Virus record (IMG/VR): IMGVR_UViG_3300036719_006047
Span: 72,911 to 136,910 of that record
Length of the DNA stretch: 64,000 nucleotides
Direction: 5' to 3' (one strand)
From: a virus
Shown here: positions 48,172 through 58,155 of the stretch, in pieces
Layout: each line of letters begins with the position of its first letter
How positions within the stretch are numbered: the stretch's first letter is position 1
Translations under genes and position numbers: made by a program
The notes under the pieces: model-generated
What the model was told of the DNA's origin: nothing
What the model saw: only the letters and a program-made list of their open reading frames with translations
Databases searched by the model: none

Positions 48172-48681
48172 ATGATCACAGTTCTAGGAGAACACACACT
48201 GAAACTGGACGGGCAAGACGTAGTGCTCGTCGAGCTGAAAGATGAGACGACGGGGGCAATCTCTTTCGTAACCAAGTATCCGGTGACGAGAGACTTGTTT
48301 CCTGCGATTGAACCAAGCGGGAAAGCCAGCGAAGCCCTGCAAATCGAGGAGAGGAACTTCAACTTAGGCACGACAGAAGCTGTGATCGAAGAGGTTGCGA
48401 AGCAAGATCCTATCCTTTCGCACTACCAGTACCCCGAGAGAACAGACCACCTGCTCCGAGCGGTAAGCGAAGACAGTGGTCTGAGAGCATCTTTGCTCTC
48501 GAGCAGCTTGCTGAAAAAGATGTTTTTGACCGAGAGGATGTTCGGAAACGATCTTGTCTTGTCCCATGAAGTTGCGTTCAAAGAGAACAGATTGCCATTC
48601 CGTCTGAGCCACGCAACACAGAGTGTTTGCGGAGTGCTCTTTATCCCCTGCAACATCCCTGTCCTAGTGAGGAAGTCATGA
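48172..48681 (+). CDS. Hypothetical protein
   Basis: 169 aa. Confidence 0.65.
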   Translation: MITVLGEHTLKLDGQDVVLVELKDETTGAISFVTKYPVTRDLFPAIEPSGKASEALQIEERNFNLGTTEAVIEEVAKQDPILSHYQYPERTDHLLRAVSEDSGLRASLLSSSLLKKMFLTERMFGNDLVLSHEVAFKENRLPFRLSHATQSVCGVLFIPCNIPVLVRKS

Positions 48682-49784
48682 AGTTCGCCCAAGCTGTCCG
48701 TCTCGTCTGCGCCAACCACAAGTCCAGCACGAAGCAGACGTTGTTTTTCCTCGGCCCGCCCGGCATCGGCAAGAGCAGCATCGCTTACGAGGCGAAGCGG
48801 GTGCTGAAAGAAACTGACTTGATCGACGTTGACGTGGTTGTTGTCGACCTCAGCAACGCTTTGCCCGAAGACCTCAACGGTCTGCCGAAGACTGAAGGCG
48901 AGGTGATGCGCTTCATTCCAGACGAATGGCTGCACCGCCTTTGTCGGCCGGGGGCACAAGCTATTTTGGTGCTCGACGACCTCGCAGCGGCCTCGTCTGC
49001 CATTCAGGTGGCCACTCGTCAGCTTGCGCTCGATCGCAGGATTCACAATCACATCTTGTCTGATGGCGTAAGCATCATCGTCACGGGTAACAGGTCAACA
49101 GACGGCGCGAAAGCCACACAGCTTCCGAGCCACTTCCGCAACTCAGTGCTTCTGATCTCGATCGATCCCGACTTTGATGCGTGGGTTTCGTGGTACAGGC
49201 ACCAAGAGAACGTCGACCGCTCTATTGTCTCGTTCCTGTTATTCGCAAAGAAGTTCTTCAGCACTGTGCCGCAAGAAGCCGACAAGCTCGGAGCTTTCGC
49301 TACTCCCCGTTCGTGGTCGATGCTGGGTAGGTTGCTGCCACAAGTCGTGCCCTTGGGGGACGAAGACATTCTTCGCGAGACAGTCCACGGCCTCGTCGGC
49401 ACAGGGCCGGGCGTAGAGTACTTGGCCTTCCGGTCCATGCAGAACGACACTGTCGACATCCAAGACTTCTTGCGAGACCCGAAAAGGACGCTGCCTGCTC
49501 CTTCCGACCTCGAGCGCTCCTACTTGATCGCGATCTGCTCGGCTGCCGTGACTCGCGTGGTCGAGGGCAAAGGGTCCGATGACTACGACAAGTTGGTCTA
49601 CGCGATGGCGCACGTGGCGACCGACAAAAGAGACTTGTTTGCTTACGCCTTCCAGCTCGCTGAGTCGCTCGGAGGCAAGGAAGCTCGCCAGAGGTTCAGC
49701 TTTGCCGTGAGCCGGGTGGCGAAGCAAGACAAGTCGGTTCTCAGCTTGGTCAAGACCATCTCTGACTTGCTGGGTCAGTTCTGA
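48678..49784 (+). CDS. MoxR-like AAA+ ATPase, copy 2
   Basis: GPPGIGKS, LPEDLNGLPKTEGEVMRF, LVLDDL and TPRSW motifs. Confidence 0.88.
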   Translation: MKFAQAVRLVCANHKSSTKQTLFFLGPPGIGKSSIAYEAKRVLKETDLIDVDVVVVDLSNALPEDLNGLPKTEGEVMRFIPDEWLHRLCRPGAQAILVLDDLAAASSAIQVATRQLALDRRIHNHILSDGVSIIVTGNRSTDGAKATQLPSHFRNSVLLISIDPDFDAWVSWYRHQENVDRSIVSFLLFAKKFFSTVPQEADKLGAFATPRSWSMLGRLLPQVVPLGDEDILRETVHGLVGTGPGVEYLAFRSMQNDTVDIQDFLRDPKRTLPAPSDLERSYLIAICSAAVTRVVEGKGSDDYDKLVYAMAHVATDKRDLFAYAFQLAESLGGKEARQRFSFAVSRVAKQDKSVLSLVKTISDLLGQF

Positions 49785-51040
49785 TGCAAGACTTGAACAA
49801 TAAGTGGGAAGCAGCTCTGCTTTCTCTGTCCTTCGCGTATCCCTTCTACGCGCACTTGCTCTACAAGGCGAAGCTGCAGTTTGTCGACAACGACAAGTTG
49901 ACTGCAAAGGTCAACCACAAGCTTGAGATCAAGATGGGAGCGAAGTTTGCGCGAAGCCTGTCGCAGACAGAGTTCTCGGGAGTTGTTCTTCACGAGGTAT
50001 TGCACGTTGTGCTCGGATACCACGAACGGCTCAACACCAAAGACCATGTTTTGTTCAATATCGCTCACGACTACATCGTGAACGGCCTTGTGCAAGAAGC
50101 GCAGAAACACAAGTTCCGAGGGAATGACGTAGTCTGCTTGGCGGATGGATGTCTTCTCGAGCCGACGTGGTCGCACCTGGCTGCAGAAGAGATCTATGCT
50201 TTCTTGTCGGAGAGAGTCGAGAACAACGGAGGCAAAAGGAAGGTTAAGCTCAAATGCTACAACAAGACGAAGGGCAACTCGGAAGAAGTTGAAGTCGATC
50301 TCAACGAAAGCATGTACACGGACGTGGAAGAGTACGATCTACTGAGCGAATCTGAGATCAGGCAGCTGTCCTTGGAGATGGCGCAGCTACTCAAAGAAGC
50401 AGAAATGCATCACAAGAGCAGCCGAGGAACTCTGCCCAGCGAGCTGCAGATCCGCATCGACGCTATTTGCACGCCGAAGATCCACTGGAACTCCTTCATA
50501 CGGAATCATGTGGGTAGTCGAATCGGTTCGCCCCATCCCACCTACATGCGCCGAAGCAGGAGGTCGGAAGCAGTAGGAGAGATACTTCCTGGATGGCGCA
50601 AAGATTCAGCCTCAAACATCATCTTGTTGTGGGACACCAGCGGGTCGATGTACGGGATGCACGAAGTTATTCTTTCTGAGTTTCGGTCTCTCGTGAGAGA
50701 GATGGGCTACTCGCTGCGCCTCATTCAGTGCGACGCGGCCGTGCAGTCAGACATGCTCCTCGAAGACGAGACTGTCATCGTCAAAGGCCACGGCGGCTCC
50801 GATTTCCAGCCAGCGTTCAAGCTGCTGGAAGAGGAAAACGAGGATGTGTACGTCATCGCAATGACGGACGGGGAGATTGGGTACCCAGAAGACAAGCCAA
50901 GCTGCGTAAAGGACATTTTGTGGGTCTACACAAGGCTTTATTCCGGCTACCCGCCGCCTTACTTGTTCTCTTACGGAGACTGCATTCAGTTCGACGTCAA
51001 AGAAGGGACCGTCACTATCTTGCGTCGAGGTCACGCCTAA
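49784..51040 (+). CDS. DUF2201-type HExxH plus vWA protein, copy 2
   Basis: VLHEVLH, NIAHDY, WDTSGS, GHGGSDF and MTDG motifs. Confidence 0.88.
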   Translation: MQDLNNKWEAALLSLSFAYPFYAHLLYKAKLQFVDNDKLTAKVNHKLEIKMGAKFARSLSQTEFSGVVLHEVLHVVLGYHERLNTKDHVLFNIAHDYIVNGLVQEAQKHKFRGNDVVCLADGCLLEPTWSHLAAEEIYAFLSERVENNGGKRKVKLKCYNKTKGNSEEVEVDLNESMYTDVEEYDLLSESEIRQLSLEMAQLLKEAEMHHKSSRGTLPSELQIRIDAICTPKIHWNSFIRNHVGSRIGSPHPTYMRRSRRSEAVGEILPGWRKDSASNIILLWDTSGSMYGMHEVILSEFRSLVREMGYSLRLIQCDAAVQSDMLLEDETVIVKGHGGSDFQPAFKLLEEENEDVYVIAMTDGEIGYPEDKPSCVKDILWVYTRLYSGYPPPYLFSYGDCIQFDVKEGTVTILRRGHA

Positions 51041-51546
51041 TGCCGAGGAGAGTAATCATCGAGGAGCGCACGTCGCCCGACCTGCAACAGCTTTTGCTGT
51101 CTTCGGGAGCCCTCGATATTGCGGAAGCCATCGACAACAGCCGGTTTCATGTGAACCAGCCGATAGCGATCACGAGGCCGGAAATCGTAGCAGTCACACT
51201 GAGGGGCAAGAGAGACAAGTTGTTTCTGCACGCGGAATGGGCGTTTACGCCACAACAGCTGCAGGAAGCAGTTTGGGTCTCGCAGTGCTCTGAGCCCCGC
51301 GTAGGAGACAGAGTACGGTCGTCTTTCGTGAGAAAGTCAGTCAAAATACATGCATTTTACCCTCACCCGTCGAAGGACGGATCTGTGTTCAAGAACATGA
51401 TCGCCCTTTTCGACAACGACTTCGAGCGCTCAGAGAAGGTCGAGAAAAGGTTTGAGACGGAGATGAGGCGTGCTCGCTGCCACCACCTCGGCATGACCTA
51501 CAACTTGTCCTTTGCTACCGTCTTTGCGAGAGAGTTGTTGCCGTGA
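51040..51546 (+). CDS. Hypothetical protein
   Basis: TAATG overlap; 168 aa. Confidence 0.65.
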   Translation: MPRRVIIEERTSPDLQQLLLSSGALDIAEAIDNSRFHVNQPIAITRPEIVAVTLRGKRDKLFLHAEWAFTPQQLQEAVWVSQCSEPRVGDRVRSSFVRKSVKIHAFYPHPSKDGSVFKNMIALFDNDFERSEKVEKRFETEMRRARCHHLGMTYNLSFATVFARELLP

Positions 51547-51719
51547 CAGAAAAAACAGAGTCTGTCATTCCGTTCGACTTTGACGTGAAAACTGATTCAG
51601 AACCGCTTCGCGTCGAGTTCGACGTGATGGGAATCAATACGGATTGTGCCGTGAACTTTGTTTACTTGGTTTTCGAAGATACGCAAAAACTCAGAAATGC
51701 TCTGGAGAAAAAGTCATGA
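51543..51719 (+). CDS. Small hypothetical protein (58 aa, below the ORF-track cut-off)
   Basis: GTGA overlap at the start and ATGA overlap at the end. Confidence 0.6.
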   Translation: MTEKTESVIPFDFDVKTDSEPLRVEFDVMGINTDCAVNFVYLVFEDTQKLRNALEKKS

Positions 51720-52843
51720 ACGCCACGCCTATCAACAACCTCACCGTCTCCTCTCGCGGTCTCGTCGACATGCGTAGCACGCGCACTCAGCCCATGAACA
51801 GGAGCCTCGAGGAGGTTCGTGACTACCTCAAGGCGCTCAACACCAAGCAGGATCCCGAAGACATCGTCCGCCCCGGCAGCCACTTGGCTGTGTTCTTCGA
51901 GAATGGAGTGATGACTGGTCGCTTCCTCACCCCTTCTGGCCTCGGGGACCAGGTGTACTCGTTCAGCTCCACGGGCGCCGCACAGTTGGCGAGCGAAGTG
52001 TTGCCGTCTCACTTCTTCCGCGGTCTTCGCGGCTTCGTCCAGATCGACGACGACGCCAAGAAGCTGGCTTCGCTCGTGTGGAACAAGTGCGCCACGCAGA
52101 GCAAGAACAACCTCTTGTTCCGCACCGTGAACTACAAGGATCCGGTCGACGGTGCCGTCAAGCGGATGATCCGGGCGGTCGTCAGCGAGAAGTACGCCGA
52201 CTACTCGAACTTGCAGTACGTGCAGACGCTGCTCGACCACGGCGGCGACTTGATCCGCAACGCAAATGTTCTTGAGATGCGTGTTACCGACGATCTCATG
52301 CGTCTTCGCGTGGCGATCGATCCTTTCGCCGAAGTCAACAAGCCCATTCGCATGGTCGAGCTGTGGAACTCGGAGGTCGCCAAGCGGCGCGTGTCGCTGC
52401 GCTCGGGCATCTACAAGCTCATCTGCACCAACGGTATGGGCCACTGGGACAAGGCCAACGACCACTCTTGGGTCCATCGCGGGGAGACGGGCAAGTTCCG
52501 GGATCGCGTCGAAAGTGCGGTCAAGGGGGCCATCACTGACGCGTCTGGCGTTGTCCACATGTACGAGATGGCGATCAACACTGTCATCAACAAAGCGTTT
52601 GAGTTCATGACGGCGCAGATGACTCTCGAAGGCTTGACCCCCAACCACATCGCGGCTTCCGTCAAAGCTCTTGACGACACCACGACGACGCCCGGGAGCA
52701 AGCTCGCGTCGGTTGTCGACGCCATCACTCTGGCCGCTCAGGCCGAAGATCTCGAAACCCAAGACATGATGGAGGTGGCCGCAAGCAAGATCATGTTCCG
52801 CGGCTTGCGTATGGCTCGCAATAACATCATCGAAATGGCGTGA
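51716..52843 (+). CDS. DUF932-family protein
   Basis: RAVVSEKY..YSN and LWNSEV....SGIYKLICTNGM motifs. Confidence 0.8.
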   Translation: MNATPINNLTVSSRGLVDMRSTRTQPMNRSLEEVRDYLKALNTKQDPEDIVRPGSHLAVFFENGVMTGRFLTPSGLGDQVYSFSSTGAAQLASEVLPSHFFRGLRGFVQIDDDAKKLASLVWNKCATQSKNNLLFRTVNYKDPVDGAVKRMIRAVVSEKYADYSNLQYVQTLLDHGGDLIRNANVLEMRVTDDLMRLRVAIDPFAEVNKPIRMVELWNSEVAKRRVSLRSGIYKLICTNGMGHWDKANDHSWVHRGETGKFRDRVESAVKGAITDASGVVHMYEMAINTVINKAFEFMTAQMTLEGLTPNHIAASVKALDDTTTTPGSKLASVVDAITLAAQAEDLETQDMMEVAASKIMFRGLRMARNNIIEMA

Positions 52844-53406
52844 AGGTAGAGATCAGCAGCATGTCAAACCAGTTCCCGTACGAAGTGTTCTCAAATAGTG
52901 TAGAAAGTTGGCTCGAAGGTAAGGAGTATTGGTGCTGTTGGGCCGTGTGGGAGAGGATGAAGGGTACGGTTCGAGTGAACGCAAACATTGACTACGGATA
53001 CGACTTGGCGAAGAGCCCAGAAGCGCGTGAGGTAGCGCTCGGCTTTGCTTGGGAAGACCTCGTCAATGCATTTTGCGGTTGCGGTACCAACCACCTGAAC
53101 GGTCTTGTTGCTGATCTGTTTTTCGCTATGCCTAAACCAGCTGAGACTTGGCCGGTGTTTTCGGCTCACGTCACAAAAGCTGTGAAAGATGTGGAGGGAC
53201 GACTCGAAATCAACAAATACCCGCGTCGCTATCGCCGAGAGGCTCGTGACCGAGGCTGCATCAGCGGGCCCACAAACGGCGCTTTCAGGAGCGCAGCTGT
53301 CCAAGAAGGAGGCTATCCTTACGCATTTTGGGAGAAGCGTTTCAGAGCTCGTGGTGCTGTTGTTCAAGCTATTGATACAAACGTGATCCGCTTTCCGAGA
53401 AAGTAG
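52840..53406 (+). CDS. Hypothetical protein
   Basis: 188 aa; start could be ATG 52861. Confidence 0.65.
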   Translation: MKVEISSMSNQFPYEVFSNSVESWLEGKEYWCCWAVWERMKGTVRVNANIDYGYDLAKSPEAREVALGFAWEDLVNAFCGCGTNHLNGLVADLFFAMPKPAETWPVFSAHVTKAVKDVEGRLEINKYPRRYRREARDRGCISGPTNGAFRSAAVQEGGYPYAFWEKRFRARGAVVQAIDTNVIRFPRK

Positions 53407-53421
53407 TTTGTTCGTGTGTTC

Positions 53422-53436
53422 CGTGTCCGAAGTATA
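53422..53436 (+). promoter_or_regulatory. Candidate promoter/regulatory motif copy 2 (CGTGTCCGAAGTATA)
   Basis: Intergenic; 14/15 identical to 4491-4505. Confidence 0.35.
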
Positions 53437-53456
53437 CAAAATGACGGGAAGTATCA

Positions 53457-54638
53457 ATGTCAAAGCGGCTCAAGTCTCTCCGCGAGATCGTCAACAGCGT
53501 CAGTGAGCATGAGTACAGAACAGCAATCAACAACCCGCTCAAAGTCCTTTCCGACTGGGACAAGTTCAAAGTCGACAAGGGAGGTGGTCGCTTCTTGACG
53601 ATGATCACGGACATCGACCCCCGCGATCGCGCAAGCAACAGCAAAATCGGAAAAAACAGAAACTCAGAGCACTTGATGATCCGCCAGACGCATCAGATGA
53701 GCATGGCGTTGGCGCAGGCGGACAGCAGCGGAGTGTTCGAGGCGTGTCACGGGTGTCGGACGAAGCAGTGCAGCTTGCTCTGCAACGCCCGCTCCGGTCA
53801 CATGCGCATCGAGCACGGCACTGCTGAACGCGCGAAGAAGATTCGTTCAATGTACTGGGCCGAGAACCCCCAGTTCGCGGGCGCCCTTGCGGTCATCGAA
53901 TCCCGCAAAGGTGCTTTGCTCGCTGGGTCTCTCGGCTTGATCCCCATCATTCGGTCGAACACTTGGTCGGACGTGCCTTGGTACTTGACGACACTTGCTG
54001 GTCCTTGGATCCACGACTTCACGCAGGTCAACGCTGACTTCATCGGTCTCGCTGCCGAGTATCCGATGCTGAGCCACAGCAACTACACGAAGCACACCGC
54101 AAGCCGCAACCTCAAGACCGGAGAGAAGGAGCCCGACGAGGCTGCTCCGCCCAACTACTACATGACGCTCAGCATCAACGAGAACACGCCTGTCGCCCGT
54201 ATTCGTGCGCGGATCGCGAGTGGCAGGACTGCGATTGCGGTTGTTTGGGCCACCCCGAGCACGCCGCTTCCGCAGGAGTGGACGATGGTCGATCGCTGGG
54301 GGAAGCGTGAAACCTTCCCCTGCTACAACGCCAATCTCGACGACGCCCGCATTCACGACGCTGAAGTGGGCCGTCACGGGGTCGGCTTGTTGACGAAAAA
54401 GACGGTCAACAACCTTCCCCTCTTCAAGGGGATGGCTGAGGTCTCGTCTTTCATCCGTCCGATTGATCCTGACGCGCCCGTGGGCTCGAAGTTCGGCATC
54501 CCCAAGGAGTACGCGAAGAGTGAACATATTCGTACTGGAACACTGCCCGAAGAAGTCAGCAAGCAGTCAGTGCAACCGTCACGTAGTGAAGATGTGCTTG
54601 GAGACAGCGCAGATTCTGAGCACTGCACTTTTCACTAA
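53457..54638 (+). CDS. GP88-like protein (Cys cluster, radical-SAM-like)
   Basis: CHGC..KQC..LC, IRSNTWSDVPW, NYTK and NYYMTLSINE motifs. Confidence 0.7.
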   Translation: MSKRLKSLREIVNSVSEHEYRTAINNPLKVLSDWDKFKVDKGGGRFLTMITDIDPRDRASNSKIGKNRNSEHLMIRQTHQMSMALAQADSSGVFEACHGCRTKQCSLLCNARSGHMRIEHGTAERAKKIRSMYWAENPQFAGALAVIESRKGALLAGSLGLIPIIRSNTWSDVPWYLTTLAGPWIHDFTQVNADFIGLAAEYPMLSHSNYTKHTASRNLKTGEKEPDEAAPPNYYMTLSINENTPVARIRARIASGRTAIAVVWATPSTPLPQEWTMVDRWGKRETFPCYNANLDDARIHDAEVGRHGVGLLTKKTVNNLPLFKGMAEVSSFIRPIDPDAPVGSKFGIPKEYAKSEHIRTGTLPEEVSKQSVQPSRSEDVLGDSADSEHCTFH

Positions 54639-55008
54639 CGGAGTGGCCGGCGTTCCGTACAAGCCCACGCACAAAAAGCATCCTTGCTGTGTGTGGGCGG
54701 CTGAAACGAAAGACAACTTCGACTGGCTCGTGATTCACGGTATCGCTTTGTGCGACGAATACACCAGAAGGTTCGGCAAGGTACACGCTTCCAGAAAAGT
54801 GATTGAGTTCTGTGGCGCGCACTCCTATTTGATGCCGCCAGGACCGATCACGCCGTTTGCCCAGGCCATGCCTGATGTCTACAAAGATGCTTGTGCTGTC
54901 ACTGCGTACCGCAACTACTACAAGGCGCAAAAAGCTTCCTTCGCTACTTGGGCCTCCAAGACTGGCGTGGAAGTTGAGCCACCAGAGTGGTTTCTGTCGG
55001 TGCTGTAG
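54520..55008 (+). CDS. Pyrimidine-dimer DNA glycosylase / endonuclease V-like protein
   Basis: NIFVL...HVVKMCLETAQILST...YKPTHKKHPCCVWA; SD AAGGAG. Confidence 0.85.
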   Translation: MNIFVLEHCPKKSASSQCNRHVVKMCLETAQILSTALFTNGVAGVPYKPTHKKHPCCVWAAETKDNFDWLVIHGIALCDEYTRRFGKVHASRKVIEFCGAHSYLMPPGPITPFAQAMPDVYKDACAVTAYRNYYKAQKASFATWASKTGVEVEPPEWFLSVL

Positions 55009-55140
55009 CACTCAAGCTAAAACGTAGCACATCCCTTCCCTGTCTATCCGAGGCCGAGCACACTATGCTGTGTTCGCGCTTTCGGAGTTGTGTGAGATCT
55101 CTCCGCGCTCCGCCCCACCACCAGCTCATCGGGAGTTCTC

Positions 55141-56232
55141 ATGCGCAACGCCCTCGAAAATTGTGTGTCCTGCGGCGAAGGCAGCTACGGCGGCTTCGCT
55201 CACGAAAACGGCAAAAAGGCCCAAAAGAAGGCAACGGTTTCCTCCAACCTCGCCGCAGCTTACCAGAACAACAGCGCTGGCCTTCGCGTCGTCGCCGGCC
55301 AGGCCGGACTTTTCGCGAAGGACGCGGGCAAGGGGAGTGGCGAGCAGTCGGGGCTTTCTCGACTGGACAGTGCCTACACCTACAAAGGTCGCAAAGCTTC
55401 TGTTCGGGTTCACGCTGTTCAGATTGCTGACCCGGAAGACCGCATCCGTTTCGTGGCGTACGCTGTTGCAACTCTCCTCGGTCTGGGAGACTCTACCGCA
55501 AACAGCTGCGCCAACTACGTTGTCGCTCGTGCGGCCGGCGTGTTCAACAGCAGCGCGAAGGCTTGGCGCAAGCTCAGCGACAGCGACAGAGCTCGTCTGG
55601 TCTCCTTGGCAGAGACTAAGAACATCACTGCCACAAACACCTTCGATCCGAGCCAGTACGCAAGCTCCGAGCAGGTGGCGGCTGAAGAGAAGGCGGCTTC
55701 TTATGCGGCTGATCCTCAGCGGTTGGCGCGCTTGTCTGCAGTGGACCGCGGGATCTTCCGCTACCTGATGGCTCGTCGCGCAGCTCGCATGGCGAACAAC
55801 GCTCTTGCGCCGCGCTTTGCCATGATCCAGCAGCAGTTCGGCCAGTTTGGCGGTCGTCGGGGTGCTCGTGGGCTGCTCCAGCGGGGCGGCGGCGGCCCGA
55901 TGCAGCAGAAGCTCGCGGCTCTCGAAGCAGAGCTCGCAGCGCTCAAGCTGCAGCAGGAGGAGGCGGCCGCTGCTGCGAAGGCTCAGGCGGACGCTGCTCT
56001 CGCCGCAGCGCAGAACGCTCAGGCCATCGCTTCGGCCCCCATCAACGTGCAGGTCTCGCTGCCTGGCGCGACGACGGCGACTGCTCCTCAGGGTGCTACT
56101 TCCGTCGGGGCCCCCGCGACCACGACTGTGCCGGCTCCTGTGCAGGGTGACGTGGCTGTTGACCCCATCTCGGGTCAGGCTTACGGGTACTACGGCTACC
56201 CCGGTCGCTGGTACCGCATGGGTCACCGCTGA
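55141..56232 (+). CDS. Ala/Gly/Gln-rich putative structural protein
   Basis: SD GGAG; highly biased codon usage; coiled coil and Y/G-rich C-terminus. Confidence 0.75.
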   Translation: MRNALENCVSCGEGSYGGFAHENGKKAQKKATVSSNLAAAYQNNSAGLRVVAGQAGLFAKDAGKGSGEQSGLSRLDSAYTYKGRKASVRVHAVQIADPEDRIRFVAYAVATLLGLGDSTANSCANYVVARAAGVFNSSAKAWRKLSDSDRARLVSLAETKNITATNTFDPSQYASSEQVAAEEKAASYAADPQRLARLSAVDRGIFRYLMARRAARMANNALAPRFAMIQQQFGQFGGRRGARGLLQRGGGGPMQQKLAALEAELAALKLQQEEAAAAAKAQADAALAAAQNAQAIASAPINVQVSLPGATTATAPQGATSVGAPATTTVPAPVQGDVAVDPISGQAYGYYGYPGRWYRMGHR

Positions 56233-56239
56233 GCCAAAG

Positions 56240-56275
56240 CGAGCCTCCTGTCGGCAGCGTCTGGCAGGAGGCTCG
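56240..56275 (+). terminator. 15 bp hairpin after 55141-56232
   Basis: CGAGCCTCCTGTCGG-CAGCGT-CTGGCAGGAGGCTCG with two G-U pairs. Confidence 0.6.
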
Positions 56276-56306
56276 AAGCCTTTCCCTCGCACCCTTGAGA
56301 CGTCTG

Positions 56307-56810
56307 ATGCTGTACGCAAAAAGCAATAATTTCGGCAGCTTCGGAGCTCCGTTCTACGGGATGAGTCCTTCTTCCGCCCAGCACGAGGCTGCCTTGGCTG
56401 CAGCGGAAGAGGCGAAAAAGAAAGAAAAAGCGAAGAAGAAGAAGAAGAAAGACAAGAAGACAGAAGAGAAGGCAGCAAAGGAAAAGGCTGAACGGGATGC
56501 TGCTCGACTTGCCGCCATGCAAGGCGGTAGCTGGAAGGGAAAGGATCTGCCCAAAGCGTACACTCCCGGGTCTGATGAGGACGCCACAGGGGGCAGAAAA
56601 GGTTCTGGCAGAGCTTCTCGCAGTTCCCTTGAAGAGGGAGGATACGAGGTCCCCAGCGACGAGGAGATCGACGAGGAGCTGGAGGATTTCGAAGACGACG
56701 AAGAGGCAGGGGAAGAGGAAGAAGAGGGGCCCAACATCGCGTTGATTGCAGGCGGCGGTTTGGCCGTGGTCGGTGTGCTGGCTGCCATCTACTTGATCAC
56801 AAAGAAGTGA
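56307..56810 (+). CDS. Basic/acidic protein with C-terminal TM anchor
   Basis: Poly-K, then poly-E, then IALIAGGGLAVVGVLAAIYLITKK. Confidence 0.8.
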   Translation: MLYAKSNNFGSFGAPFYGMSPSSAQHEAALAAAEEAKKKEKAKKKKKKDKKTEEKAAKEKAERDAARLAAMQGGSWKGKDLPKAYTPGSDEDATGGRKGSGRASRSSLEEGGYEVPSDEEIDEELEDFEDDEEAGEEEEEGPNIALIAGGGLAVVGVLAAIYLITKK

Positions 56811-56813
56811 ATC

Positions 56814-57134
56814 ATGTTTCAGCCTTCGGCCATGTCCTTGTACCGGTACGGAGCTGCCGCCGAACTGTACACAGACAACAGCGCCGCGCTCGAGAACGGC
56901 AAGAAAAAGAAGAAGAAGAGAGCGAAGAAAGCTCAAACTTCTTCTGAGCCGATCATCGAAACTGGCGCTGAGGGCGATCCTGGCCCAACTGCGCCGCAAG
57001 AAGACAATTCGCTATCACTGATGTTCTACGTATTCGGAGTAGGGACCATCATTGTGGGCGGCGGGGTAGCTGCCTACTACACCTACAAGAAGAAGCAGCA
57101 GGCTCAAGCCGAGCAAGATGAAGGTGAAGAATGA
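56814..57134 (+). CDS. Small protein with poly-K and C-terminal TM anchor
   Basis: ENGKKKKKK...FYVFGVGTIIVGGGVAAYYTYKKK. Confidence 0.8.
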   Translation: MFQPSAMSLYRYGAAAELYTDNSAALENGKKKKKKRAKKAQTSSEPIIETGAEGDPGPTAPQEDNSLSLMFYVFGVGTIIVGGGVAAYYTYKKKQQAQAEQDEGEE

Positions 57135-58066
57135 GCCCCTACTACAAAATCGTAGCCATCGAGAACGGCAATGAAGGCAGAGAGCGCCGCGCTGATTGGA
57201 GAGCGGACAGAGCGGAGAAAGCTCTCGAGAAAGGCAACAAAGAAAAAGCAGAGAAGCTGGCGGCCAAGTCCGAACTGCTGCAAGCCACTACGATAAAGAG
57301 AGCAGACACGATCTCTGGTAGAAAGACAGCAAGAGCGAAGTATTCAGAGCTTGTGTATAAATACTACAAAAAGAAAGAGTACAAGAAGGCCCAGGCAAAC
57401 CTAATTTATGCCACGAACAACGGCGCGAGCTTGGGTCGGGTCGAAAGAGATTGGGACGGCAAATTCAAGAAGGGGAAGGACAGAGATAAGTGGGAGGAGT
57501 TTGTTAAGAGAGGCAAGAACTACTGCCCTGCCGTGAACCGCAGAAGAAACATCGCGATCAATGCACTTACAATCACAGCGGTCGTCGCCGCTGTTGGTGC
57601 GGGTGTTCTGACAGGAGGAGCTGCTTTTGCTGCAGGAGGTTCTGTAGCAGCCTCGATGGCCGCCGGGGGTGGCGCGGCTGTGGGGATTGCAGGCGCTTCG
57701 GTGGCCGGCATCAAGGGGGGTCAAGCTGCTGCGCGGGGCGGGTCAGTCAGAAAAACATCTATCGATGTGGTTGAGAAGGCAAAGAGAAAGTCAGAGGCGA
57801 TCGAAAAAGGCAGCGAGAAACACACATCTGATGTGAGAAAAGAGCTTGAGAAGAAGCCGACCAAAAAGAGACCTTCGAAAGATGGCGGAGGCGATGATTA
57901 CTTCGACGATTCTGGAGAAGAGGGAGTTGTCGAAGAAGAAATTACATTCGCAGAAGAAGACGACAGCAGCACCACACTCATGATCGCAGGTGCCGGCTTG
58001 TTGATCCTCGGCGGAGCGGCGTTCGGCTTCTACCAGTACAGGAAACGCCAGCAGTCTGCGGAATAA
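57131..58066 (+). CDS. Membrane protein with a Gly/Ala-rich hydrophobic core and C-terminal TM anchor
   Basis: AVVAAVGAGVLTGGAAFAAGG...; LMIAGAGLLILGGAAFGFYQYRKR. Confidence 0.8.
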   Translation: MSPYYKIVAIENGNEGRERRADWRADRAEKALEKGNKEKAEKLAAKSELLQATTIKRADTISGRKTARAKYSELVYKYYKKKEYKKAQANLIYATNNGASLGRVERDWDGKFKKGKDRDKWEEFVKRGKNYCPAVNRRRNIAINALTITAVVAAVGAGVLTGGAAFAAGGSVAASMAAGGGAAVGIAGASVAGIKGGQAAARGGSVRKTSIDVVEKAKRKSEAIEKGSEKHTSDVRKELEKKPTKKRPSKDGGGDDYFDDSGEEGVVEEEITFAEEDDSSTTLMIAGAGLLILGGAAFGFYQYRKRQQSAE

Positions 58067-58078
58067 GCAGCGTGAAGC

Positions 58079-58106
58079 AAAAAGGGGGCGCGTGCCCCCT
58101 TTTTTT
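58079..58106. terminator. Bidirectional Rho-independent terminator
   Basis: AAAAAGGGGGC-GCGT-GCCCCCTTTTTTT between convergent genes. Confidence 0.9.
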
Positions 58107-58155
58107 GTTCCCGCGGCTGAATTCGCACGTACGTGCGATTTTCTGCCCGGGAAGA

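Noticed and set aside
51662-52762. 366 aa minus-strand ORF
   Set aside because: Shadow of the DUF932 gene
55126-56478. 450 aa minus-strand ORF
   Set aside because: Low-complexity shadow of 55141-56232
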